From the NCBI RefSeq assembly GCF_000179635.2, contig NC_014825.1, positions 1 to 32,000 of the forward strand: 32,000 nucleotides of DNA, given 5' to 3'. The notes below the pieces were generated by a model. It was not told where the DNA came from, did no database searches, and worked only from the letters and a program-made list of their open reading frames with translations. A program made the position numbers and the translations under genes. The DNA comes from Ruminococcus albus 7 = DSM 20455. Lineage in GTDB: Bacteria; Bacillota; Clostridia; Oscillospirales; Ruminococcaceae. Below are positions 15,646-24,047 of this stretch, piece by piece. How positions within the stretch are numbered: position 1 is the stretch's first letter; each line of letters opens with the position of its first letter.

Positions 15646-16896
15646 ATGAAAAGCTTTATTTCCAATAAATTGATCACTTCATCTTTAGCTTTGATCATAG
15701 CTGCATCAGCACTTACCACAGGCGGTCTTACAGGGATCACCGTTAATGCCTATTACAGCGAAAACGAACCTGTCGTCGGCTATAACGACGAGATACGCGC
15801 ATACTCCTTTATAAATACCACAGGCTATGTTACTGCCAGACAGAACGGCAAGGAAATATACAACGGCGGAAAAGTTACTAATTTTCTACAACTTGAGCTG
15901 ACAGCAGGATCTGCATTCACCTACAAGATAGGTAATACCATGTATGAATCACAATACGTTTCCTACGGCAATTATAAAGCTGTTTTCCGTCCCGACGATG
16001 ATGTCACGGTGGATGTATTCCACCGAAAAGTTAAGCATGATGACGGTACAGGCAAGGATAGCAGTTATATATTCCTTGCTCCGGAATACTTCAACAAGCA
16101 GGGGGACTTTTACGTCGATAAATCTATCACAGGCGGTATCTACGATATACAAAGAGATGGCAGCAAGATCTCTTTCAAGACTATTCTGCCACAAAAAACC
16201 ACTGCTGAAAACAACGGAAACAAGTCCGTCACAACAACAATGGATACCTCAAACAATCAGCATACTATGACACTTCCCTCCGGCTTCGGTGATGATATCT
16301 ACATTGTAAGAGCTTTCGTATCCGAAGGAAATGTCAATGAGACCGAACTGCCCATAATGCCCCCTGACGGTCCTGCGACAGTCATGCACACAGGATTCTC
16401 GGGCAAAGAGGAGGAAGTAGAACTGGGCAGCGGTTTTGCCGAGAGCGACAGGCTGATGTATGTTGACGGTTACTTTTCAAAGAGTGAGGTAATAGGTTTT
16501 CACCGTGACAGAAGCACAGGCACCGGCGCAGTTTCAGTGCGCCCGGGCACAAAATTCAGCGTATACAATATCTTTGGTGAAAGAGTGAAGGTCACAAAGC
16601 TTGGTTCATCCACCGATGACAGGGATAACTACTCATTCGATGCATACGGCCCTATGAGTTACTATCTGGTGAAAGGATCTGCCGAGGAAAAATACAAGCC
16701 CCATACCCCCGGTGATATAAACCGCGACGGCAAGGTAAATATGATGGACGCAGTTCAGCTTGCCAAGTATATAAACGGCGGAAAAGCTGAAGTTGATCCG
16801 AGAGCGTGCGATACCAACGGCGACGGAAAGGTAGATAAGCTTGATGTTACAACACTTCAGCAGTACGTTCTTAAATTTATAACCACTATATACTAA
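15646..16896 (+). CDS. secreted cellulosomal protein: signal peptide, ~340-aa module of unknown function, C-terminal type-I dockerin
   Basis: 416-aa ORF with an AAGGAGG RBS. Signal peptide 'LITSSLALIIAASALTTGG'. Duplicated Ca-binding dockerin segments 'GDINRDGKVNMMDAVQLAKYI' and 'CDTNGDGKVDKLDVTTLQQYV'. Confidence 0.8.
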   Translation: MKSFISNKLITSSLALIIAASALTTGGLTGITVNAYYSENEPVVGYNDEIRAYSFINTTGYVTARQNGKEIYNGGKVTNFLQLELTAGSAFTYKIGNTMYESQYVSYGNYKAVFRPDDDVTVDVFHRKVKHDDGTGKDSSYIFLAPEYFNKQGDFYVDKSITGGIYDIQRDGSKISFKTILPQKTTAENNGNKSVTTTMDTSNNQHTMTLPSGFGDDIYIVRAFVSEGNVNETELPIMPPDGPATVMHTGFSGKEEEVELGSGFAESDRLMYVDGYFSKSEVIGFHRDRSTGTGAVSVRPGTKFSVYNIFGERVKVTKLGSSTDDRDNYSFDAYGPMSYYLVKGSAEEKYKPHTPGDINRDGKVNMMDAVQLAKYINGGKAEVDPRACDTNGDGKVDKLDVTTLQQYVLKFITTIY

Positions 16897-16900
16897 CACA

Positions 16901-16930
16901 AAGAGGTCGGTTATCAGCCGACCTCTTTTT
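16901..16930. terminator. bidirectional intrinsic terminator (dockerin gene / trk-lipoprotein operon)
   Basis: AAGAGGTCGG-TTATCA-GCCGACCTCTT followed by TTTTAT on the + strand. UUUGUGU follows on the - strand. Confidence 0.7.
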
Positions 16931-16958
16931 ATGATCCTTTTAAATTCTCACACCATGA

Positions 16959-17345
16959 TCAGGAAACAGGTATTATCGGAAGTTCGTACTCATCACGGCT
17001 CTCGGCATCATTATCATAATTCCCAGCTGAGGTATGATCACCGTTCACAGGGACAGACGGATCTTCCCAGCCGGAATGCCCGGTTCCTGTCACCGCTTCA
17101 TTAACGATAACCGGTATACCCGGATCATCGCTGATCTCTGAGGATGAAGAAGTACTGTCTGCAATGCTTTGCGTATCACTGTCGGCAGTTTCACTGCTCT
17201 CAGCTTCAACCGGATCTGTAGATACACCGCTATTGCTGTCATCAGTATTTGCGGCACTTTCTTCGTTACCGTTTTTGCAGCCGACTAATGTCATACAAAC
17301 CGCAGCCGCCATGATCAAGGCAGCAGCATAACTAAGTATTCTCAT
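16959..17345 (-). CDS. acidic low-complexity lipoprotein
   Basis: Start moved to the ATG at 17345 ('MRILSYAAALIMAAAVCMTLVGC', lipobox LVGC), 4 nt after the trkA stop. The rest is S/D/E/T-rich. Confidence 0.55.
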   Translation of the reverse strand: MRILSYAAALIMAAAVCMTLVGCKNGNEESAANTDDSNSGVSTDPVEAESSETADSDTQSIADSTSSSSEISDDPGIPVIVNEAVTGTGHSGWEDPSVPVNGDHTSAGNYDNDAESRDEYELPIIPVS

Positions 17346-17349
17346 CAGC

Positions 17350-17994
17350 TTACACCTTGAAACATTTAAGTATATCCTTGATCTCACCGATGACAAATAC
17401 TACATCTCCATCAGTGAACTTTGTATCAGCCATAGGTATAGATACCTCATCATCGCGTTTCAATGTAATGATATTTACATTGTATTTCTTACGGATATCT
17501 ATCTGCATCAGTGACTTGCCGTACCACTCCTTCGGCACCACCATCTCATAGATAGAGTAGTTGCTGTCAAGCTGTATAAAATCAAGTATAGTGTCAGAAG
17601 CATACTTTGTTGCAAAGCGTATAGCAGTCTGCTTTTCGGGGTAAGCGACTTCGTCAGCGCCTACCATTTTCAGGAACTTCATCTGAACATCGTTAGTCGC
17701 TCTCGCCATAACGAACTGTGCGCCAAGTTCCTTCAGAGTGCAGGTTGCTTCAAGAGAAGTCTGGAAAAGTCCGCCGACAGCTACGATGCAGACATCAAAA
17801 TTGTTAACGCCCAGTGATTCCAGGGTTTCCTTACTTGCACAGTCACCTATCCTGGCACTGGTAACATAAGGAAGTATCTCATTTATTCTGTCCTCGTTGG
17901 TATCAACAACAAGTACATCACAGTTCAGGTCATTCATTCTTCTAGCGATAGTTCCGCCGAACTCACCGCAGCCAAGCACCAATACAGATTTCAT
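17350..17994 (-). CDS. trkA: Trk/Ktr potassium-uptake NAD-binding subunit (RCK domain)
   Basis: 214-aa ORF. Rossmann 'VLVLGCGEFGGTIARRM' plus an RCK_C segment. AAAGGAG RBS. Confidence 0.85.
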   Translation of the reverse strand: MKSVLVLGCGEFGGTIARRMNDLNCDVLVVDTNEDRINEILPYVTSARIGDCASKETLESLGVNNFDVCIVAVGGLFQTSLEATCTLKELGAQFVMARATNDVQMKFLKMVGADEVAYPEKQTAIRFATKYASDTILDFIQLDSNYSIYEMVVPKEWYGKSLMQIDIRKKYNVNIITLKRDDEVSIPMADTKFTDGDVVFVIGEIKDILKCFKV

Positions 17995-18046
17995 TATAAT
18001 ATCTCCTTTCGATACAGCATAAGCTGTTTATGTAAAGACCGCTTTA

Positions 18047-19411
18047 TCAGCCCACAGATATCTTTTCCATAGGCATTTTAACTTTGCTTGTTTCAGCAGA
18101 TGACACTGCTGCATATATAAGTGTAAGTCCTCCCACACGTCCGAAGAACATGAGGAACATGAGTATCACGCGCGAAAGCATATGCAGGGACGGTGTGATA
18201 CCAAGTGTAAGTCCAACAGTGCCTACAGCCGAACCTGTTTCAAACAGGCATGTCAGCAGAGGCAGACCCTCAGCTCGGCTTATAACGATACCGCCTGTAA
18301 TGAACAGTGTCAGGTACATAAAGAGTATAGCACCGGCGTTGCGCACAGCTTCATCAGGGATACGGCGCTTGAACGCCTGAACATCTGTACGTCTGCTGAA
18401 AACGGTAAGCGCTGTAAGGAACAGTACAGCAAAGGTAGCAGTTTTAAGACCGCCCGCAGTTGATCCGGGAGAACCGCCGATTATCATAAGTATGATCATT
18501 ATAAGAGTGCCCGATTCGTCCATTTGTGCAAGATCCTGACTGTTGAAGCCTGCCGTCCTGGCAGTAACAGACTGGAACAGCGATGACAGTATCCTGTCCT
18601 TGACACCCATATCCTCATATTCACAGAAGAAAAAGTATACTGCCGGAACAAATATAAGTATCAGCGATGTTGTCAGCACTACCTTGCTCTGAAGTGAATA
18701 TTTAGAAAGTTTGAACTTATGTGCACCTACATCCCCCCATACCAGGAAACCTATACCGCCTAAGATTATAAGCAGCATGATGACAGCATTTACATAAGCG
18801 TTGCTGCTGTATGTAGTAAGCGACGAGAATGGCTCGCGCACACCCATAAGATCGAATCCTGCATTACAGAATGCGGATATTGAATGGAAAAGCGAATAGC
18901 CGATACCTTTCAGCACCCCGAAATCCTTGATAAAGACAGGCGAAAGCAGTGCCGCGCCGGTTAGTTCGATAATAGCTGAGGTCCTGAGTATAAATCCTGT
19001 AAGCTTGACAATGCCGCCGACCTGCGGAGCATTTATAGATTCCTGCATCGTGCTCCTCTGTGCAAGACCGATCTTTTTTCCTGAAACGGTCATTATCGCC
19101 AGACCTATGGTTATAACGCCCATACCGCCTATCTGGATAAGTGTTATTATCACACCTTTACCGAACAGTGACCAGTACGTAGCGGTATCCTTTACGATGA
19201 GTCCTGTCACACAGGTAGCAGAAAGTGCTGTGAACATACAATCCGAGAATGGTGTCACAACTCTGCCCTTTGAAGATATAGGAAGCATCAGCAGCAGCGT
19301 TCCCAGAAGTATCAGCGCAGCAAAGCTGGATATGATTATCTGGAACGATGTCCGTCCCTTTCGTTTTTTCTTCGATATATCGTCCTGAAGTTTTCCTTTT
19401 ACCTTATCCAT
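18047..19411 (-). CDS. trkH: TrkH/KtrB-family potassium transporter membrane subunit
   Basis: 454-aa polytopic ORF with repeated pore-loop motifs 'CVTGL', 'CNAGF', 'RTAGF' and 'GTVGL'. Confidence 0.85.
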   Translation of the reverse strand: MDKVKGKLQDDISKKKRKGRTSFQIIISSFAALILLGTLLLMLPISSKGRVVTPFSDCMFTALSATCVTGLIVKDTATYWSLFGKGVIITLIQIGGMGVITIGLAIMTVSGKKIGLAQRSTMQESINAPQVGGIVKLTGFILRTSAIIELTGAALLSPVFIKDFGVLKGIGYSLFHSISAFCNAGFDLMGVREPFSSLTTYSSNAYVNAVIMLLIILGGIGFLVWGDVGAHKFKLSKYSLQSKVVLTTSLILIFVPAVYFFFCEYEDMGVKDRILSSLFQSVTARTAGFNSQDLAQMDESGTLIMIILMIIGGSPGSTAGGLKTATFAVLFLTALTVFSRRTDVQAFKRRIPDEAVRNAGAILFMYLTLFITGGIVISRAEGLPLLTCLFETGSAVGTVGLTLGITPSLHMLSRVILMFLMFFGRVGGLTLIYAAVSSAETSKVKMPMEKISVG

Positions 19412-19440
19412 AATACACCTCTGTTTACATACTGGATTGT

Positions 19441-19469
19441 ATTATAACATATTTTTACGCAAATGTAAA
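19441..19469 (-). promoter_or_regulatory. sigma-A type promoter of the trkH-trkA operon
   Basis: On the - strand: TTTACA (19464-19469), 17-nt spacer, TGtTATAAT (-10 at 19441-19446). The short leader (about 25 nt) leaves no room for a riboswitch. Confidence 0.55.
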
Positions 19470-19509
19470 GACATCGGATTCACAAAGTATATGACTATAC
19501 AGCCGATAT

Positions 19510-19557
19510 CATATACAAATACTACAAGCCGCCGTCGTGATAATGACAGCAGCTTGT
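19510..19557 (-). terminator. possible terminator after the cytidylate-kinase-like gene
   Basis: The - strand RNA forms a 13-bp stem ACAAGCUGCUGUC/GACGGCGGCUUGU (two G-U pairs) with an 8-nt loop. The downstream U-tract is weak (AGUAUUUGU). Confidence 0.4.
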
Positions 19558-19573
19558 TTATACGCTTTAGTAT

Positions 19574-20176
19574 TTACTTCTCGTTTTCTGCCATACGTGC
19601 CCTGATGTAATCTGCCAGCATATCAGCAGTTTTGTCGATACCGAGCTTTGAGCTGTTCACTGAAAGATCATAAAGTCTTGAATCGCCCCACTTGCCCTGA
19701 ACATGGTAATTGTGATAGCGCTTTCTCTTTTTGTCTTTCTTGAGTATGAACCTCTCGGCATCTTCACGGCTGAGTTCGTATACCTCCATTACACGCTCTA
19801 TTTTCTTTTCCATATCGCCCAGAATGAACAGCGATACGAGCGCAGGATACTTTTTCAGCTTGGTTTCCGAGCATCTGCCGACTACAACAAAGGACTCACC
19901 GCTATTCGCTTTCTGGTCGATTATATCGAACTGCATCTCAGCGATGTTATCTTCAATGGAATTGCTGTAGCCCTTGACAGTTCTTGAAAGTATCTTTATC
20001 TTCGGGACTTCGTTATATTTCTCTACCTCTTCGGGAGTCATGCCCATTCTCTGGGCTATCTCGGTGATCAGATGGCGGTCATACAGGGGCAGACCGAACT
20101 TGTCTGCCAGCTGCTGGGCGATAACACGTCCGCCGCTGCCGAATTCACGTCCTATCGAAATAATGATCTGAGACAT
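19574..20176 (-). CDS. cytidylate kinase-like family protein (Cytidylate_kin2-type P-loop)
   Basis: 200-aa ORF. 'IISIGREFGSGGRVIAQQLADKFGLPLYDRHLI' N-terminus is typical of this family. AGGAGG RBS. 15 nt after the permease stop. Confidence 0.7.
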   Translation of the reverse strand: MSQIIISIGREFGSGGRVIAQQLADKFGLPLYDRHLITEIAQRMGMTPEEVEKYNEVPKIKILSRTVKGYSNSIEDNIAEMQFDIIDQKANSGESFVVVGRCSETKLKKYPALVSLFILGDMEKKIERVMEVYELSREDAERFILKKDKKRKRYHNYHVQGKWGDSRLYDLSVNSSKLGIDKTADMLADYIRARMAENEK

Positions 20177-20191
20177 AAGATACCTCCTTGC

Positions 20192-21544
20192 TTATACATA
20201 TCTGATAAACAGATAGATAGTTGACAGTGTCAATACAATTACAGTAGCAGGTGCCAGCTTTTTGCAGTAGCGTCCCCAGCTTATGGGGTGACCGTTCTTT
20301 GCTGCCACCGATGTGCCTACAACGTTTGCAGATGCGCCTATAGGTGTTGCACTTCCGCCTATGTCGGTACCTATAGCAAGTGCCCATGCAAGAGTGCTTA
20401 TAGGTGTTCCCGATGCTGCTGAAAGGTTCTTGATGACGGGTACCATTGTTGCGGCAAATGGGATATTGTCCACAAATGCACTTGCAATAGCTGATACCCA
20501 GAGAATGATAGCTATCATCATCTTAATATCGCCGCCGCTGATATTCTCAATGAACTTTGCTATCTTATCGAGGATCTCTGTTTCCTCAAGACCGCTTACA
20601 ACTATGAACAGTCCCACAAAGAACAGAAGTGTCTTGTAGTCAACTTTTTTCAGCAGTTCAAGTGCGTGCTTGCCTGCTGAGATCAGCGTAACTATTCCGA
20701 TGAATGTACCTATAGTAGCTACAGTGAGGTGTGTAGTACCGTGAGTTATGAGAAGCACTACAGCACAGCCGAATATTATGCTGCTGATTATGAAATCCTT
20801 TTTGTTGGTTATAGCCTCTGAGGGCTTGGGCAGCTTGGATATATCCACCTGTTCACCGTTTTTGGTAACAAGTTCCTTCCTGAATGCAACATAAAGGAAT
20901 ATAACAGATACTGCAAGAGTTATAGCTGCCGCAAGACCTGTGTTCATCAGGAAATCAAAGAAAGAGAATCCCAGTGATGTACCGATTATGATATTCGGGG
21001 GATCTCCGCACATGGTGGCGCTGCCGCCAAGGTTAGCGCAGAAGATCTCTGAAAGGATCATAGGTACGGGATTGAATTTCAAAAGCTGTGCAAGTTCAAC
21101 TGTTACAGCTGCCAGGAACATGATAACAGTAATACTGTCAATAAACATTGAAAGCACAGCCGCCATAATGGTGAATGTGATAAATACGGGTATTGTCCTG
21201 CATTTTACAAGGAATGCTATCTTCATACACAGCCAGCGGAAGAAACCCGCCTTTGCCATGCCCTCCACCATCAGCATCATTCCTCCGATGAAGATGATAG
21301 TCGCCCAGTTTATACCCGAGCTTTCGCTCTCTTCGACCTGATACCAGAAATCCTTGGTAAAAAAGTCCTTGAGCGCAAGTGTTCTCGCTATCGCAGAACC
21401 GCTTCTCATGCATAAGCCGAATACGACACCAAGAGTAAGCAGGCCGCTGCCGATAGTTACATACTGCCTTTCTATCTTGTCGAGTACTATCATTATGAAC
21501 ATACCGACGAAGATAATAACGGCAAATATTTGTGCTGCTGCCAT
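20192..21544 (-). CDS. ArsB/NhaD-superfamily (citrate-transporter-like) permease
   Basis: 450-aa ORF with about 12 TM segments. 'GDPPNIIIG' and 'GTDIGGSATPIGASANVV' repeats are characteristic of the ArsB/NhaD/SLC13 fold. AGGAGG RBS. Confidence 0.7.
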   Translation of the reverse strand: MAAAQIFAVIIFVGMFIMIVLDKIERQYVTIGSGLLTLGVVFGLCMRSGSAIARTLALKDFFTKDFWYQVEESESSGINWATIIFIGGMMLMVEGMAKAGFFRWLCMKIAFLVKCRTIPVFITFTIMAAVLSMFIDSITVIMFLAAVTVELAQLLKFNPVPMILSEIFCANLGGSATMCGDPPNIIIGTSLGFSFFDFLMNTGLAAAITLAVSVIFLYVAFRKELVTKNGEQVDISKLPKPSEAITNKKDFIISSIIFGCAVVLLITHGTTHLTVATIGTFIGIVTLISAGKHALELLKKVDYKTLLFFVGLFIVVSGLEETEILDKIAKFIENISGGDIKMMIAIILWVSAIASAFVDNIPFAATMVPVIKNLSAASGTPISTLAWALAIGTDIGGSATPIGASANVVGTSVAAKNGHPISWGRYCKKLAPATVIVLTLSTIYLFIRYV

Positions 21545-21888
21545 TGATTGACCTCCTAAGCCGCGCTATATCGCAGCCGTATTTTTTCTCCGCACTGCCG
21601 GCAGGACATATTGTTGTGACCATCCGCAGTGCCATATATACTTCACTGACCCGACAGCGCTTGTGACCGTCCCGGCCGTGTATATATCTATATATCCGGG
21701 AAATGAAGTACCCCGATATTTACAAAACAAAAGAACCACCGGATGTTCTGAAATAAACACGCGGTAATTCTTACAATGTATGCTGTTAGCGTTCTGTCTT
21801 GTACATATACTGTTTGAAAACGGTTACACCACGCGTCAGAGATCCATCATCGCACGTAACTATCATACCACAGTCATTTGCACACAAC
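21545..21888 (-). promoter_or_regulatory. long (~340 nt) structured 5' leader of unknown class upstream of the permease operon
   Basis: Lies between the promoter (21895-21923) and the ATG at 21544. Contains a mid-leader hairpin plus U-tract (AGAAC-AUCCGGUG-GUUCU UUUUGUUUUG, 21723-21749). Further GC-rich hairpins follow (GCACUGC...GCAGUGC, and GCUGCG-AUAUAG-CGCGGC abutting the RBS). I could not match any known riboswitch signature. Confidence 0.4.
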
Positions 21889-21894
21889 AGAGTA

Positions 21895-21923
21895 ATTATA
21901 TCACAGTTAAACAAAGAAGTCAA
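21895..21923 (-). promoter_or_regulatory. sigma-A type promoter of the permease operon
   Basis: On the - strand: TTGACT (21918-21923), 17-nt spacer, TATAAT (21895-21900). Confidence 0.6.
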
Positions 21924-21990
21924 CGATATTATAATTTACATCTAAAATATTCAGTAAATGATAATAATTTAACATATATATTATTAATAT

Positions 21991-22019
21991 AAAAAGCGGA
22001 GAACACATCGCTCCCCGCT
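21991..22019 (-). terminator. intrinsic terminator of the response-regulator operon
   Basis: The - strand RNA forms AGCGGGGA-(9-nt loop)-UCUCCGCU (8 bp, one G-U) followed by UUUUU. Confidence 0.65.
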
Positions 22020-22035
22020 CATATACATATAACTC

Positions 22036-23508
22036 TCAGCCCAGCCCGTATACAGACATGGACATAAGTATACTGCCGACTACTGCCCGAAGCTCTGCGA
22101 TGATATCGGGTGTATTATCGGTTATGTACTTCCAGTCGCCGTTGACAGCCGCTTCTTCAAGCTTTCCTGCATTTTCGCTGATCTCTATAGCGCCTACCGT
22201 CTTTGATGCGCTTTTCAGCGAATGTGCGTAAACTCTGTACTGCTCAATATTTCCACAGGCTACGCTTTCCTCAAGATGCCTTATCCTGTCATCGGAGCCT
22301 CCTGTAAATTCTGTCAGCATCTCGGCATAGAACTCAGTATCGTTCATGCAGTACTTCATACCAACTGCGGTATCAAGTCCGCCGGCTTCCAGCATAGACA
22401 GGAATCCGAACACAAGATCCTTTTCGGCATTCTGTGATTCCTCCACAGTAAGTCCGTCATCGCCCACATGATAGGTATCCGGATCCTCCCTCATGCTGTA
22501 CTCGGTATCCTCGTCTATCATATCAAGCATTATCTGCGCAAACTTCGGATCAAACTGCGTACCCATATTATTCCGCAGTTCTCCCCTTATGTATTCCTGG
22601 GCAAAGACCTCGTGGTAGCTTCTTCTCGAACTCATGGCATCGTATGCATCGGCTACCGTGATGATGCGGACTTCCATAGGGATATCCTCACCTGTCAGTC
22701 CATCGGGATAGCCCTTGCCGTCGTATCTTTCGTGGTGCCATCTTGCTGCCACCGCAAGCTGCGGCATCTCGGATATATTTTTTAGTATATCATATCCTAC
22801 CAGCGGATGCGTCTTGATTATATCGTATTCCTCGGGAGTAAGCTTGGTGGGCTTGTTTATAACGTAATCGGGCATACCTATCTTTCCCACGTCATGCAGA
22901 AGTCCCATCATGTATATCTTTTCCTGTTCCTTTTCGGAAAGCCCCACACTCCTTGCGATCTCGCGGGAGTATTCAGCCACACGGGTGGAATGTCCGTTAG
23001 TGTACTTGTCCTTAGCATCCACAGCACCTGCAAGGGTCTGTACGACCTGCATAGAAAGCCTTTCGTTCTTGCGGTGCTCCTCAATAAAGCTTGCACTCAG
23101 CTTTTTAGCCTCACTTTTCAGATCACGCTGCAGCCTGTTCAGTTCAATGGTATTCTTGACCCTGAGAAGCAGCACTGATGCTACAAAGGGCTTCGCCACA
23201 AAATCTGCCGCACCTGCTGAAAGCGCCTTTGTCTCCGTTTCGGGATCACCGTCAGCTGTCAGTATTATAACAGGTATATCCCTGACTTCATGGTTGGATT
23301 TAAGCTTCTGAAGAGTTTCAAAACCATTGATACCTGTCATGTGGATATCAAGCAGCATAAGATCAGGCTTGTTGTTTTTTATATATTCAAGCAGCGCTTC
23401 ACCACAGTCAAGACAAACCACCCGATAGCCGTAAAGACTGAGTATACGTTCTGCAATTTTCAGATTTCCTTTATCGTCATCAATAACAGCTATCGTGTAA
23501 TGCTCCAT
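22036..23508 (-). CDS. response regulator with REC, HD-GYP (c-di-GMP phosphodiesterase-type) and C-terminal HPt domains
   Basis: 490-aa ORF. REC ('VIDDD', 'LLDIHM', 'ILTAD', 'AKP'). HD-GYP ('LLHDVGKIGMP', 'HHERYDGKGYPDGL'). HPt-like helix 'YAHSLKSASKTVGA'. Confidence 0.8.
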   Translation of the reverse strand: MEHYTIAVIDDDKGNLKIAERILSLYGYRVVCLDCGEALLEYIKNNKPDLMLLDIHMTGINGFETLQKLKSNHEVRDIPVIILTADGDPETETKALSAGAADFVAKPFVASVLLLRVKNTIELNRLQRDLKSEAKKLSASFIEEHRKNERLSMQVVQTLAGAVDAKDKYTNGHSTRVAEYSREIARSVGLSEKEQEKIYMMGLLHDVGKIGMPDYVINKPTKLTPEEYDIIKTHPLVGYDILKNISEMPQLAVAARWHHERYDGKGYPDGLTGEDIPMEVRIITVADAYDAMSSRRSYHEVFAQEYIRGELRNNMGTQFDPKFAQIMLDMIDEDTEYSMREDPDTYHVGDDGLTVEESQNAEKDLVFGFLSMLEAGGLDTAVGMKYCMNDTEFYAEMLTEFTGGSDDRIRHLEESVACGNIEQYRVYAHSLKSASKTVGAIEISENAGKLEEAAVNGDWKYITDNTPDIIAELRAVVGSILMSMSVYGLG

Positions 23509-23527
23509 ATACCCACACTCCTTTATA

Positions 23528-23890
23528 TCAAATCTCAGCCATTTTCAGGATATCCATAAGTTCAGCCGCGGCTACGGGCTTTATCAGAAAGCCCAGTGAC
23601 CCCAGCTTTTGCGCCTTGTCACGCAGTTCATCATCGACAGTCCCCGACATAAGGCAGACCTTTGCACCGCTGATATCACTGTCATCACGTATTTTCTTCA
23701 GAACATCCATACCGTTCTCGCCCGGCATCTCAACATCAAGCAGCACAAGATCAGGAGCTTCACTTCTGAGCATAGCTATGCCCTGAGCCCCGCAAGATGC
23801 ACCTGTACATTCATGTCCTGATTTTTTTAATATAAAACCGATCATCCTTATGACCATGCTGTCATCATCGACTACCAATATCCTTGCCAT
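23528..23890 (-). CDS. single-domain CheY-like response regulator
   Basis: 120-aa ORF. 'ILVVDDD', 'LVLLDVEMPGENG', 'LMSG' and 'IKP' receiver landmarks. 19 nt upstream of the HD-GYP gene. Confidence 0.85.
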   Translation of the reverse strand: MARILVVDDDSMVIRMIGFILKKSGHECTGASCGAQGIAMLRSEAPDLVLLDVEMPGENGMDVLKKIRDDSDISGAKVCLMSGTVDDELRDKAQKLGSLGFLIKPVAAAELMDILKMAEI

Positions 23891-23947
23891 AATTTATTCT
23901 CCCGAAGAGGTAAGCGTCTTCTACCGCAGAATTATTTTATTGTATTG

Positions 23948-23976
23948 ATTATATCATATTTTAGAAAAATAATCAA
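23948..23976 (-). promoter_or_regulatory. sigma-A type promoter of the CheY-like/HD-GYP operon
   Basis: On the - strand: TTGATT (23971-23976), 17-nt spacer, TGaTATAAT (-10 at 23948-23953). Confidence 0.55.
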
Positions 23977-24047
23977 TAGGTTATTCAGTTATCATTTTAT
24001 GGTAAATATATTTCAATATATGAATATTTCTTATAAGCACAATGCCT

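Noticed and set aside
19412-19470. c-di-AMP (ydaO/kimA-type) riboswitch upstream of the K+ uptake operon.
   Set aside because: The predicted promoter leaves a leader of only about 25 nt, which gives no room for a riboswitch aptamer.
21640-21690. Resemblance of 'GGCCGGGACGG...CUGUCGGGUCAG' in the permease leader to guanidine-III (CCGGACG...CGGUCAGGAC) or ykkC-type (ACGGCGGGA) riboswitch cores.
   Set aside because: Only short fragments match. The hallmark GGUCCGAGAG / CUAGGGUUCCG (guanidine-I) elements and the compact 41-nt pseudoknot layout (guanidine-III) are missing. The gene context (not SugE/urea carboxylase) does not fit.
21566-21992. ORFs 21138..21635 (-), 21566..21760 (-) and 21780..21992 (+) in the permease upstream region.
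   Set aside because: No RBS. They overlap the permease coding sequence, or the promoter and terminator. They are Arg/Cys/Tyr-rich or Asn/Ile-rich nonsense-like sequences. The region is better explained as a transcribed leader.
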